Source: Malacoraja senta
Taxonomy: Eukaryota
Assembly: GCA_038087875.1 (NCBI GenBank)
Contig: CM075994.1
Location: forward strand, 3,040,001 to 3,104,000
DNA: 64,000 nt
Direction: 5' to 3'
The position numbers were made by a program, and so were the translations under genes. Positions 26,086-38,473 of the stretch are shown in pieces. The notes beneath the pieces were generated by a model that searched no databases, was not told where the DNA came from, and saw only the letters and a program-made list of their open reading frames with translations. The stretch's first letter is position 1, and each line of letters opens with the position of its first letter.

Positions 26086-27450
26086 ACGAATCAGCAGGAT
26101 TCCTTAGCACATCAAGATTTTGTTTTCATTTGATGGAGGCGAGTTTGTTTTGTTGAAACGATTAAAAAAAACGTGATGAATGATACGAAATGTGGAGGCA
26201 AAATCTTGATCATGATTTTGTCTGAATCAAGAGCGAGGTTTGGTGCTTTCCTTTGTGCAATCTAGTTGTGCGGCACGATGGTACTGAGATAGTCATGTTT
26301 GCTTTTGGTTGTCCATTCGTAAACACATATCATGATTGGTCGCGGCAAGCCTGCAGCTCTTTGAGTTTCGCAAGTTCCATTCTGATGTGATTCTGTGTAT
26401 TACATTGGGTGCTGACTTCCCTGTATCTGCGCTCACAAATTGCATGTTTCGTACAAAATACTGGCCATGCCTATTGGATAGTTTGGCTTGATGATTTGTT
26501 GATTTTTAATTGATGATAGAATTATTCTAATCATGGCTGTCTGGTCACGTGTTATGCTGAAACGAATGATCATAATGTCGGTGCGTTAAAATACGTCATG
26601 AATGCCCTATGACAAAATTAGGGACATTTGCCAGACCTATTTTGAACATATCTCATTTATAGTGGTAACGGTGTCACCAGATAGCAAAACATTGTGAGGC
26701 AGTGACAATATCAGGATGGGTAAGCGCAAGAATCAACGTGAAAACCCATCGTTGTACGCCCAGAAAATTTTCAAAATGTTGTTCCTATGACTCAAATAGC
26801 GGCATGGCATTCCACGATGGGAATCATATGCCATCACAAGTCTTTGGCGACAATGTCAGTGGATAGCTAGGGAGAAGCATATCCCTTAATAATAATATAT
26901 TCACCATTGTATGCGGTCCTACATCCCAACATGATCTCAATAAATACGGCGTTACATAGATGAGTGACGTAGATTGTTACCTCATACAGACTTGAGTACC
27001 AACTATTTTGCTCATGTACAACATCAAATGACAATAGAAGTGATCGATGAATTGTGCTGGCTTTATATACTGTTGCCGTATTCAACGCATTACTCGATCG
27101 ATCAGCAGTAAGCCGTTGCTTAAACAGTGGCATTTATCAGATTTTAAAAAGTGATGGTTAAGTTTGAATTATATGCCCATAATATGATGTCTCAAATTAG
27201 AATTATGTGAAACAGTATTATATGCTTTAATAAAACACCAAGCCGATAACTCCGTGTCCATAATTTATGTGTGAGCAGAACTTTTCATAATGGGTGAAAC
27301 GATTGACTCATATCACGATCTGAACTCAATGTGCCTGAAATCATGTAGATCTTTGTTACTCCGGTAACCGAAGTAGTCCTATCTTGGCAAAATGAGTACA
27401 GCAATGCCCAGAAGTCAATCTCACATGAGCCAATCATATTGATTCTATAG

Positions 27451-27477
27451 AGGAGAAGTCGGCCAAATTGGATGCAG
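27451..27477 (+). CDS. Micro-exon, 27 bp, phase 1-1 (EEKSAKLDA)
   Basis: Acceptor gattctatag, donor CAG|gtaaga. Confidence 0.75.
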
Positions 27478-28181
27478 GTAAGACCATAATATGATTCTTG
27501 ATTGGAAATAAATTTCGATGACTGTGGCAGAGTCACCATCCTGTGCAAAATGTGTTTTGTGGGAGAGGCAGACAATGTCAATATATATTTTATAATTTTG
27601 ACCAATGGTTGAATATGAAGAGATTTTGCTTCCACCCTTCTGTTTGGTACCCGAATAAGACGTTGCGAAATATAGAAAATGCTGGCATAAGTCAGCGTGT
27701 CTGACAGCATCTCCGGAGAAAGGGTGTAGGTGACATTTCGGGTCGAAAGACTTTTTCAGACTGAAAAATATACGTACATATGTGTGTGTTTGTGTGTGGG
27801 GGGGGTGACTAAATGATGAAATAAGACCAGAACAAATAAGTCATTTCAGTTATCTTGTTTGGAAGTATTTCAATTAAAATATCCACTGGGGAAACACGCT
27901 TTATACGGAATATCTACTTAAATGCCTTTCGAATTTGAGTGAAACGGTATCGTTTTCTTTCACAATTCTGAGTGAGTTGGTTGATTGCGAGCATAACAAT
28001 GTGAAACAATATGTTACTTAGTCGAGTATCACTTAACCAAGCTTACTAATTTCCCTTCTCCCACATGAAATTATGCTCACTCAAAAGCGGCAATATTGCG
28101 ATTAGATCGCAAATGGATTGTCAGTGATCTATATCACCAAAATAATACAATTGCAGTAATTATGGCTGTATTTTTCCACAG

Positions 28182-28217
28182 TCCTTCAGAGACTTAAACA
28201 TACTTTGCAAGAAAAAG
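28182..28217 (+). CDS. Micro-exon, 36 bp, phase 1-1 (VLQRLKHTLQEK)
   Basis: Acceptor tttttccacag, donor AAG|gttagg. Confidence 0.75.
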
Positions 28218-29289
28218 GTTAGGTTAATTAATCAAATTATTTCTGAGGACTTGCCTTATTCAAGAATATTTAACGACTTGTACAAAACGCGTTGTTTCAA
28301 TATGCTTGTATTATATTTTATTCATTTGTCAAACATTATTAAGTAGATTCGTTGAAAATCATACGCCACCGGTACTGTTGCATTAATGCCCACAATACCT
28401 GCTTTAGCTGTGCTTGGCGTGTTGGAATTATCACGTCAATCCGCCAACGTGCAATAGAATTAATTACGCAAAGTTGAAATTGGGAAAACTGATCAATCTA
28501 TTCGTGGATGTTTAAGCATCTATGAGCCGGACAGTAATATTATTTGGAAAATATAGGTAAGAAAATCTATCTGGGAAACAAATGCAGGCTCTAGCTGGAT
28601 GCATCCCGCAAATATATCAAACGAACTTTTGGTTAAACAGCTGACTATCAAAGGATCAAGTATTGATGGGTCACTTCGATAAATCAAGAATATAAGTTTA
28701 CCTAATTGGATTTGCTCCATTCACTCCAGCTTTATAGTCGTTTCTTATGATTTTCGCTGTTTATTGCAATATGTTGGAGCTTTCTCTTGATTATGATGTG
28801 GTCGTCGTGCATTATATTTGCGTCTGTGCAATAGGTCTGTGCTCGCGGTCTCAATGTCACTAGGGAAGTAGCCTGCAAACGACGATCAGGCTCGTTATTT
28901 CATCGTTAACGCTGCAAAAGTCCGCAATCTTTTCTTTCCGAATGGTTATGTAGTTCTAATACGTTTGTCATCGTTCAGATCTTTTCTGTTTGTCAGTTTC
29001 AAGTTATTTCGATAGGTAAACAATGTTTACCAGTTGACGTTAATATCCATTGTTCAGCCAACGTTTAAGTTAGAAGCCAGTATATATTATTTTTGAAACT
29101 ATCTTAATCGAGATGTAATTTATCTCACTTGCCAACTATATACTTATCTTGTCCTCTTCCTGTTTGTGTTGTTTTTATTTTGCGCAAAACGTTACCGCTA
29201 AGCACTACGCTTTTTCGCCAACTTACAAGCCATTCTCCTGTGCTGTAAGTTCCGTAAGTTTTATTCCGATCGAAGACATATTACAAAAG

Positions 29290-30080
29290 TTCTTCGCATG
29301 TCATTTGCCGGGACGGCGACGTCGTTTCCGGCACCCGCTGTCGGCACCCGCTGTCAATCACGGGCGTGGAGAATAAAGCTGCAGAAGCGGAGTAGCAGAG
29401 TGTGGGCAGGGGCTGTGTTCGCGCGCGGAGGCTGTGCTCAGGGACGGCGGCGGCGATCACCACGACGAGCCGGGCGCCGCTGAGAGCAGCCAGGCCTGGG
29501 AGCCGATGAGTGCGAAAGGAGCCGGGACGGGAGCCGTTGAATGAGTCCGGTGCCGGGTCCTGGAGCCGGGTCCTGGAGCCGGGTCCTGGAGCCGGTGAGA
29601 GCGATAGGAGCCGGGACCAGGAGCCGCAGAACCTACCCCTTCCCCCTCCCACACCTTCAATACCTTCCCCTTCCCACCCCTACCCCACTCTCCAAACTCC
29701 CCCTCCCACAATCCCCTGCCCCTCTCACACACCCATCCCACTCACCACTTCGCCCGCTACCACACAAACCCCTCCCACATACACACCATCCACTACCCCC
29801 ACACCTCCTCCCCCGCAATCCCACACTCCTCCACATACACCCCTCCCCCAGACACCTCACACGCCCCCCTTCCCACAGACGCCACCCCCACACACATCGC
29901 CTAACCGCTAAACCCCCTCCCCAACCCCTGCCTCCCCCTCTCACCCCCCTTCACCTCACACCCCCTACCCAACACACCCCCTCCCCACACACCCCCTTAC
30001 CCACCCATCACCGTACCCCACACTCACCCTCCCTACCCAACCAGCTCCCTCACGCCCCCTCCACCACACCCCCCTCCACG
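29290..30080. repeat. CpG-rich segment with (ggagccgggtcct)n followed by a C-rich low-complexity tract; unclassified repeat
   Basis: GC-rich island in AT-rich surroundings; runs of C at 29636-30078. Confidence 0.6.
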
Positions 30081-30746
30081 ACTTTTCTTACAGATAATCG
30101 AGCAAATTGGACATATTATCTTATTTCAATGCCTATTCAGATAACAACAGTGCATTGATCCGTACATTTATCGCCGATCCTATCCATCTCGTTCTCAATT
30201 TGATTGATATGAGATCTTTTTGCAATCATTCACTAATATGTATGAATTTTCGACGCATTTTACACTGTATCGTTTAAACATATATATTAATAAAATATCC
30301 ATGCAATTTCATAGGGTATTAGATCTCCAAATAAGCATAGGCCTACTGGTCACTTCAAGCCTCAACACATGCATACAATATTAATTAAGGTATTCCTTTA
30401 TAACGTGCGAATGAAGCCGACGGCAAATCCATAGCTTGATCAATCTGTTTCTGACTGAGCGGGAAGGAAACGACATGTTCAGCTGCGGGTTGTATGGATT
30501 CGACTACGCACCATCCTTCTCAATCATCTTAGAAGTTTAGTACAGAACACGCTTAAATATATCGACACCAAAATAATTGCATATCCCCTACCATGCAGTA
30601 ACAAGCAGTGGAACAATGCAACATATGGAACTTAAGGATATATAAACATAACTATGTTTGCGCTCAGAAAAACCACGCTCGGAATATTTTTACACGCTGT
30701 CAATATGCTTTATGTCTATATCGACGTAAATTTAATTATATTACAG

Positions 30747-30773
30747 ACACCGCTCTCGAGAAACAGGCCGACG
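30747..30773 (+). CDS. Micro-exon, 27 bp, phase 1-1 (DTALEKQAD)
   Basis: Acceptor ttatattacag, donor G|gtacag. Confidence 0.7.
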
Positions 30774-31209
30774 GTACAGTATGACATTATAGTAATTTTG
30801 CATATGTTGTTGCTTATCATCTGTAAGCAAACATATATTGATTTAGTTGACATCAGGAACTATAGGTATTGGAATCTTGAATACTGCACAAATTGAAGGA
30901 GTAACAGGCACGTTCAGTCGCATCTGTGCAGGGAATGGATAGGGTGATGTTTCAGATCGGGAGCCTTCTGCTGGACCGCTCAGTTCCTCCAGCAGACTGA
31001 TTGTTGTTTCAGGTTCCCATATAAACTGTCCCACTGAGACTCCATCATTCTCAAAGTCCGCGGGTTCGTAGGCATACATATCTTTCACCACTGTAAATAG
31101 TGAAGAAAATATTAATTTAACACATCTGTTGTACCTCCATATGTAAACAATTTGGTGCCAATACATTGTCGAAGTACCAAAACTGCAACGTTCCATTCAA
31201 GTTTCCTAT

Positions 31210-34200
31210 GTGAGGAAGCCGCTGATTGGTGGAAGAGGACAAAGAGAAAGCAGCTGATTGGTGGAAGAGGACAAAGAGGAAGCAGCTGATTGGGAGTCAG
31301 ATCCCTGCTGATTTCCTCCACCAGTTTTGTATTGTATCCAGGGTAAGGGGGGAGTATGAGGGCCAGGGCAGTTTACTGTTCTGGATGTCAGATGTGGGAG
31401 GTCATGGAGTCTGATAGCCCTCCAGACGTTCACATCTGTGTCAGGTGCGTAGAGATGGGGTTCCTAAGGGACCGTGTTAGGAACCTGGAGCAGCAGCTCG
31501 ATGACCTCTGTCTGATCAGGGTGAGTGAGGAGGTCATAGAAAAGAGGTATAGAGAGGTGGCCACTCCAAGACCACGGGAGGCAGACAAGTGGGTCACGGT
31601 TAGGAAGGGCAAGGGGCAGAGGCAGGGACTAGTGAGTACCCCGGTGGCTGTACACCTTGAAAATAAGTACTCCTGTTTGAGTACTGTTGAGGGGGACAGC
31701 CTTCCTGCGGGTAGCAACAGCGGCCGGGCCTCCGGCACAGAGACCAGCCCTATTGCTGAGAAGGGTAGGGAAAAGAAGAGGAGGGCAATAGTAATAGGGA
31801 ACTCTATGGTTAGGGGGTCGGATAGGCGATTCTGTGGACGCAGTCAGGAGACCCGAATGGTAGTTTGCCTCCCTGGTGCCAGGGTCAGGGATGTGTCTGA
31901 ACGCGTCCAAGATATCCTGAAATCGGAGGGAGAGGAGCCTGAGGTTGTGGTACATATAGGTACCAATGACATAGGTAGAAAAAGAGAAGAGGTCTTGAAA
32001 GGAGAATTTAGGGAGTTGGGAGGAGAGTTAAGGAGAAGGTCTACAAAGGTAACAATCTCAGGATTACTACCTGCGCCACGTGACGGTGAGAGTAGGAATG
32101 GAGTGAGGTGGAGGATAAATGCGTGGCTGAGGAACTGGTGCAGCGGGCAGGGATTCAAATTTCTGGATCATTGGGATTTATTTTGGGGAAGGAGTGACCT
32201 GTACAGAAAGGACGGGATGCACTTGAACCCGAGGGGGACCAATATCCTGGCGGGGAGATTTGCAAAGGCTATTGGGGAGACTTTAAACTAGAACGGTTGG
32301 GGGGAGGGACTCAAATAGAGAAAGCTAGTGGAAAATGTGGGAGGCAGGAGGCAGAGAGGGGAAGCACTCGGACCCAAAATGTAGGGGAGAAAGAAGAAAA
32401 AGATAATAAACAGAGAATAAGTGGTGGTGGGTTTCTTAAATATGTATATTTTAATGCTAGGAGCATTGTAAGAAAGGTGGATGAGCTTAGAGCCTGGATT
32501 GACACCTGGAAGTATGATGTTGTGGCGATCAGTGAAACATGGTTGCAGGAGGGCTGTGATTGGCAAATAAATATTACAGGATTTCGTTGCTTCAGGGGTG
32601 ATAGAATTGGAGGGGCAAGAGGTGGGGGTGTTGCATTGCTTGTCAAGGAAGATATTACAGCAGTGCTTTGGCAGGGTAGATTAGAGGGCTCGTCTAGGGA
32701 GGCTATTTGGGTGGAATGGAGAAATGGGAAACGGTATTCACGAAGGAGAAGGATATGGAATTATGTGAGGTGAGGGAAACAAGCAGAGTAGCAATGGAAA
32801 CTGTGAGATTCAAAGAAGAGGAGGTGCGGACACCTTTGAAAAATATGAAAACGGATAAGTCTCCAGGTCCTGACAAGATATTCCCTAGGACATTGAGGGA
32901 AGTTAGTGTAGAAATAGCAGGGGCTATGACAGAAATATTTCAAATGTCATTAGAAACGGGAATAGTGCCGGAGGATTGGTGTACTGCGCATGTTGTTCCG
33001 TTGTTTAAAAAGGGTTCGAAGAGTAAACCTAGCAATTATAGACCTGTTAGTTTGACGTCAGTGGTGGGCAAATTAATGGAAAGGATACTTAAAGATAATA
33101 TATATAAGCATCTGGATAAGCAGGGTCTGATTAGGAACAGTCAACATGGATTTGTGCCTGGAAGGTCATGCTTGACTAATCTTCTTAAATTTTTCGAAGA
33201 GGTTACTAGGGAAATTTATGAGGGTAAAGCAGTGGATGTTGTCTGTATGGACTTCAGTAAGGCCTTTGACAAGGTTGCTCATGGAAGGTTGGTTAAGAAG
33301 ATTCAATTGTTGGGTATTAATGGTGGAGTAGCAAGATGGATTCAACAGTGGCTGAATGGGAGATCCCAGAGAGTAATGGTGGATGGCTGTTTGTCAGGTT
33401 GGAGGCCAGTGACTAGTGGGGTGCCTCAGGGGTCTGTGTTGGGTCCACTGTTGTTTGTCATGTACATCAATGATCTGGATGAAGGTGTGGAAAATTGGAT
33501 TAGTAAGTATGCAGATGATACTAAGATAGGTGGTGTTGTGGATAATGAAGTAGATTTCCAAAGTCTACAGAGAGATTTAGGCCATTAGGAAGAGTGGGCT
33601 GAAGGATGGCAGATGGAGTTTAATGCTGACAAATGTGAGGTGCTACATCTCGGCAGGACAAATCAAAATAGGACGTACACGGTAAATGGTAGCGAATTGA
33701 GGAATGCAGTTGAACAGAGGGATCTAGGAATAACTGTGCATAGTTCCCTGAAGGTGGAATCTCATGTAGATAGGGTGGTAAAGAAAGCTTTTGGTGTGCT
33801 GGCCTTTATAAATCAGAGCATTGAATATAGAAGTTGGGATGTAATGTCAAAATTGTACAAGGCATTGGTGAGGCCAATTCTGGAGTATGGAGTACAATTT
33901 TGGTCGCCTAATTATAGGAAGCATGTCAACAAAATAGAGAGAGTACAGTGGAGATTTACTAGAATGTTGCCTGGGTTTCAGCAACAAGTTACAGAGAAAG
34001 GTTGAACAAGTTAGGTCTTTATTCTTTGGAGCGCAGAAGGTTAAGAGGGGACTTGATAGAGGTCTTTAAAATTATGAGCGGGTTAGACAGAGTGGACGTG
34101 GATAAGCTTTTCCCATTGAGAGTAGGGAAGATTCAAACAAGGGGACATGACTTGAGAATTAAGGGAGAGAAGTTTAGGGGGAACATTAGGGGGGACTTCT

Positions 34201-34500
34201 TTACTCAGAGAGTGGTAGCTGTGTGGAATGAGCTTCCAGTGGAAGTGGTGGAGGCAGGTTCGATGTTATCCTTTAAAAATAGATTGGATGGGTATATGGA
34301 CGGGAAAGGAATGGAGGGTTATGGTCTGAGTGCAGGTAGATGGGACTAGGGGGAAGTATTTATTTTTAATTAAAAAAAAATAATAATAATAAAAAATAAA
34401 AAATAATAAAAAATAATGTTCGGCACGGACTTGAAGGGCCGAGATGGCCTGTCTCCGTGCTGTTATGGTTATATAATTATATGGTTATATGGTTATATGG
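31210..34500 (+). mobile_element. CR1 (family B) with 5' UTR, intact ORF1 and internally deleted ORF2
   Basis: ORF1 31356-32291; EN start 32297; jump to the RT linker near 32733; RT motif SKYADDTK; (GTTATATG)n tail near 34480-34500. Confidence 0.93.
31356..32291 (+). CDS. CR1 ORF1 protein: CxxC/CxxC zinc finger, coiled coil and SGNH esterase-like domain
   Basis: CSGC...CVRC, VIGNSMVRG, CLPGA, VVHIGTNDI and DGMHLN motifs; 311 aa open. Confidence 0.9.
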   Translation: MRARAVYCSGCQMWEVMESDSPPDVHICVRCVEMGFLRDRVRNLEQQLDDLCLIRVSEEVIEKRYREVATPRPREADKWVTVRKGKGQRQGLVSTPVAVHLENKYSCLSTVEGDSLPAGSNSGRASGTETSPIAEKGREKKRRAIVIGNSMVRGSDRRFCGRSQETRMVVCLPGARVRDVSERVQDILKSEGEEPEVVVHIGTNDIGRKREEVLKGEFRELGGELRRRSTKVTISGLLPAPRDGESRNGVRWRINAWLRNWCSGQGFKFLDHWDLFWGRSDLYRKDGMHLNPRGTNILAGRFAKAIGETLN

Positions 34501-34547
34501 ATATTCTGTCCATAGTTATACATTTGCCATGAAGATATCTGTGTAAC

Positions 34548-36550
34548 CATATAACCAAATGTTGACTGTTCCTAATCAGACCCTGCTTATCCAGATGCTT
34601 ATATATATTATCTTTAAGTATCCTTTCCATTAATTTGCCCACCACTGACGTCAAACTAACAGGTCTATAATTGCTATGTTTACTCTTCGAACCCTTTTTA
34701 AACAACGGAACAACATGCGCAGTACGCCAATCCTCCGGCACTATTCCCGTTTCTAATGACATTTGAAATATTTCTGTCATAGCCCCTGCTATTTCTACAC
34801 TAACTTCCCTCAATGTCCTAGGGAATATCCTGTCAGGACCTGGAGACTTATCCGTTTTCATATTTTTCAAAAGTGTCCGCACCTCCTCTTCTTTGAATAT
34901 CAGTTTCCATTGCTACTCTGCTTGTTTCCCTTACCTCACATAATTCCATATCCTTCTCCTTCGTGAATACCGAAGAAAAGAAATTGTTCAATATCTCCCC
35001 CATCTCTTTTGGGTCTGCAGATAGCTGTCCACTCTGACTCTCTAATGGACCAATTTTATTCCTTGTAATCCTTTTGCTATTAATATAGCTGTAGAAACCC
35101 TTTGGATTTACTTTCACCTTACTTGCCAAAGCAACCTCATATCTTCTTTTAGCTTTTCTAATTTCTTTCTTAATATTCTTTTTACATTCTTTATACTCCT
35201 CAAGCACCTCATTTACTCCATGCTGCCTATAATTATTGTAGATATCTCTCTTTTTCCGAACCAAGTGTCCAATTTCCCTTGAAAACCATGGCTCTTTCCA
35301 TTTTTTACTATTTCCTTTCAACCGAACAGGGACATAAAGATTCTGTACTCTTAAAATTTCACCNNNNNNNNNNNNNNNNNNNNNNNNNNNNNNNNNNNNN
35401 NNNNNNNNNNNNNNNNNNNNNNNNNNNNNNNNNNNNNNNNNNNNNNNNNNNNNNNNNNNNNNNNNNNNNNNNNNNNNNNNNNNNNNNNNNNNNNNNNNNN
35501 NNNNNNNNNNNNNNNNNNNNNNNNNNNNNNNNNNNNNNNNNNNNNNNNNNNNNNNNNNNNNNNTTTTCAAATTCATTATCCACAGCCCCACCTATCTTAG
35601 TATCATCTGCATACTTACTAATCCAATTTACCACACCATCATCCAGATCATTGATGTACATGACAAACAACAGTGGACCCAACACAGATCCCTGTGGCAC
35701 CCCACTAGTCACTGGCCTCCAACCTCACAAACAACCATCCACCTCTCTGGCATCTCCCATTCAGCCACTGTTGAATCCATCTTGCTACTCCACCATTAAT
35801 ACCCAACCATTGAAACTTTTTAACCTACCTTCCGTGAGGAACCTTGTCAAAGGCCTTACTGAAGTCCATATATACAACATCCACGGCTTTACCCTCATCA
35901 GTTTCCCGAGTAACCTCTTCAAAAAATTCAAGAAGATTAGTCAAACATGACCTTCCAGGCACAAATCCATGTTGACTGTTCCTAATCAGCCCCTGTTTAT
36001 CCAGATGCGTATATATATTATCTCTAAGTATCCTTTCTATTAATTTGCCCACCACTGACGTCAAACTAACAGGTCTATAATTGCTAGGTTTACTCTTAGA
36101 CCCCTTTTTAAACAATGGAACAACATGCGCAGTACGCCAATCCTCCGGCACTATTGCCGTTTCCAATGACATTTGAAATATTTCTGTCATAGCCCTTGCT
36201 ATTTCTACACTAACTTCCCTCAATGTCCTAGGGAATGTCCTGTCCGGACCTGGAGACTTATCCACTTTTATATTTCTCAAATGTGTCAGTACTTCCTCTT
36301 CTTTGAATCTCATAGTTTCCATAGCTACTCTACTTGTTTCCCTTACCTCACATAATTCAATATCCTTCTCCTTGGTGAATACCGAAGAAAAGAAATTGTT
36401 CAATATCTCCCCCATCTCTTTTGGCTCTGCAGATACCTGTCCACTCTGACTCTCTAATGGACCAATTTTATCCCGCGTTATCCTTTTGCTATTAATATAG
36501 CTGTAGAAGCCCTTTCGATTTACTTTCACCTTATTTGCCAAAGCAACCAC
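34548..36550 (-). mobile_element. CR1 family B fragments, minus strand, on both sides of the assembly gap
   Basis: ORFs 34493-34882, 34848-35591, 35359-35712 and 35825-36763 match family B ORF2. Confidence 0.9.
35364..35563. other. Assembly gap (200 N)
   Basis: Run of n. Confidence 1.
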
Positions 36551-36998
36551 TGCATTATACTGCATCTGCCAAACATTTGCCCACTCACCCAGCCTATCCA
36601 AGTCACCTTGCAGTCTCCTAGCATCCTCCTCACAGCTAACACTGCCCCCCAGCTTAGTGTCATCCGCAAACTTGGAGATGTTGCCTTCAATTCCCTCATC
36701 CAGTTCATTAATATAAATTGTAAATAGCTGGGGTCCCAGCACTGAGGCCTTGCGATACCCCACTAGTCACTGCCTGCCATTGTGAAAAGGACCCGTTTAC
36801 TCCTACTCTTTGCTTCCTGTTTGCCAGCCAGTTCTCTATCCACATCAATACTGAACCCCCAATACCGTGTGCTTTAACTTTGTATACTAATCTCTTATGT
36901 GGTACCTTGTCGAAAGCCTTCTGAAAGACCAGATACAACACATCCACTGGTTCTCCCCTATCCACTCTACTAGTTACATCCTCGAAAAATTCTATAAG
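36551..36998 (-). mobile_element. CR1 family A RT fragment
   Basis: DRGEPVDVLYL...SKFADDTKLGG; near-inverted copy of the start of 37222-38473. Confidence 0.9.
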
Positions 36999-37221
36999 AA
37001 TTTCTTCGCTTAATTTTTTTTACTGTCTCTGACGTCCCTTGTCAGCCATGGTCGCCCCTTTCTCCCCTTGATCCTGCACCTTCTGTATTATTCCTAGAAA
37101 TACCTACCATTTTTGTTCCACTGTCATCCCTGCTAGTGTATCTTTGCAGTCAACTTTGGCCATCTCCTCCCTCATGGTCCCACAATCCGCATTATTCAAC
37201 TGTAACACTGACACCCCGATC

Positions 37222-38473
37222 TCGAGGATGTAACTAGTAGAGTGGATAGGGGAGAACCAGTGGATTTGTTGTATCTGGACTTTCAGAAGGCATTCGACAA
37301 GGTACCACATAAGAGATTAGGATACAAACTTAAATCACACGGTATTGGGGGTTCAGTATTGATGTGGATAGAGAACTGGCTGGCAAACAGGAAGCAAAGA
37401 GTGGGAGTAAACGGGTCCTTTTCACAATGGCAGGCAGTGACTAGTGGGGTACCGCAAGGCTCAGTGCTGGGACCCCAGCTATTTACAATTTATATTAATG
37501 ATCTGGACGAGGGAATTGAAAGCAACATCTCCAAGTTTGCGGATGACACTAAGCTGGGGGGCAGTGTTAGCTGTGAGGAGGATGCTAGGAGACTGCAAGG
37601 TGACTTGGACAGGCTGGGTGAGTGGGCAAATGTTTGGCAGATGCCGTATAATGTGGATAAATGTGAGGTTATCCACTTTGGTGGCAAAAACGGGAAGGCA
37701 GACTATTATCTAAATGGTGGCCGATTAGGAAATGGGGAGGTGCAGCGAGACCTGGGTGTCATGGTACACCAGTCATTGAAAGTAGGCATGCAGGTGCAGC
37801 AGGCAGTGAAGAAAGCGAATGGTATGTTGGCCTTCATAGCAAGAGGATTTGAGTATAGGAGCAGGGAGGTTCTACTGCAGTTGTACAGGGTCTTGGTGAG
37901 ACCACACCTGGAGTATTGCGTACAGTTTTGGTCTCCAAATCTGAGGAAGGACATTATAGCCATAGAGGGAGTGCAGAGAAGGTTCACCAGACTGATTCCT
38001 GGGATGTCAGGACTTTCATATGAAGAAAGACTGGATAGACTTGGCTTATACTCGCTAGAATTTAGGGGATTGAGAGGGGATCTTATAGAAACGCACACAA
38101 TTCTTATGGGGTTGGACAGGCTAGATGCAGGAAGATGGTTCCCGATGCTGGGGAAGTCCAGGACAATGGATCACAGCTTAAGGATAAGGGGGAAATCCTT
38201 TATGACCGAGATGAGGAAAAACTTTTTCACACAGAGAGTGGTGAATCTCTGGAACTCTCTGCCACAGAGGGTAGTTGAGGCCAGTTCATTGGCTATATTT
38301 AAGAGGGAGTTAGATGTGGCCCTTGTGGCTAAAGGGATCAGGGGGTATGGAGAGAAGGCAGGTACGGGATACTGAGTTGGATGATCAGCCATGATCATAT
38401 TGAATGGCGGTGCAGGCTCGAGGGGCCGAATGGCCTACTCCTGCACCTATTTTCTATGTATCTATGTATCTAT
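37222..38473 (+). mobile_element. Young 5'-truncated CR1 family A insertion with a GATC target-site duplication
   Basis: Open 377-aa RT C-terminal ORF at 37242-38375; tail ctatgtatctatgtatctat; gatc at 37218-37221 and 38474-38477. Confidence 0.93.

Noticed and set aside
29510..30158. Pro/His/Thr-rich ORFs
   Set aside because: By-products of a C-rich low-complexity tract.
27285..31196. Minus-strand ORFs 27285-27710, 28520-28720 and 30843-31196 as exons of a CatSper-auxiliary-like or other gene
   Set aside because: Only vague resemblance, no consistent splice structure, and parts of them run through repeats.
35825..36763. 312-aa ORF as a novel permuted reverse transcriptase
   Set aside because: Chance in-frame fusion of two CR1 fragments from different families, next to an assembly gap.
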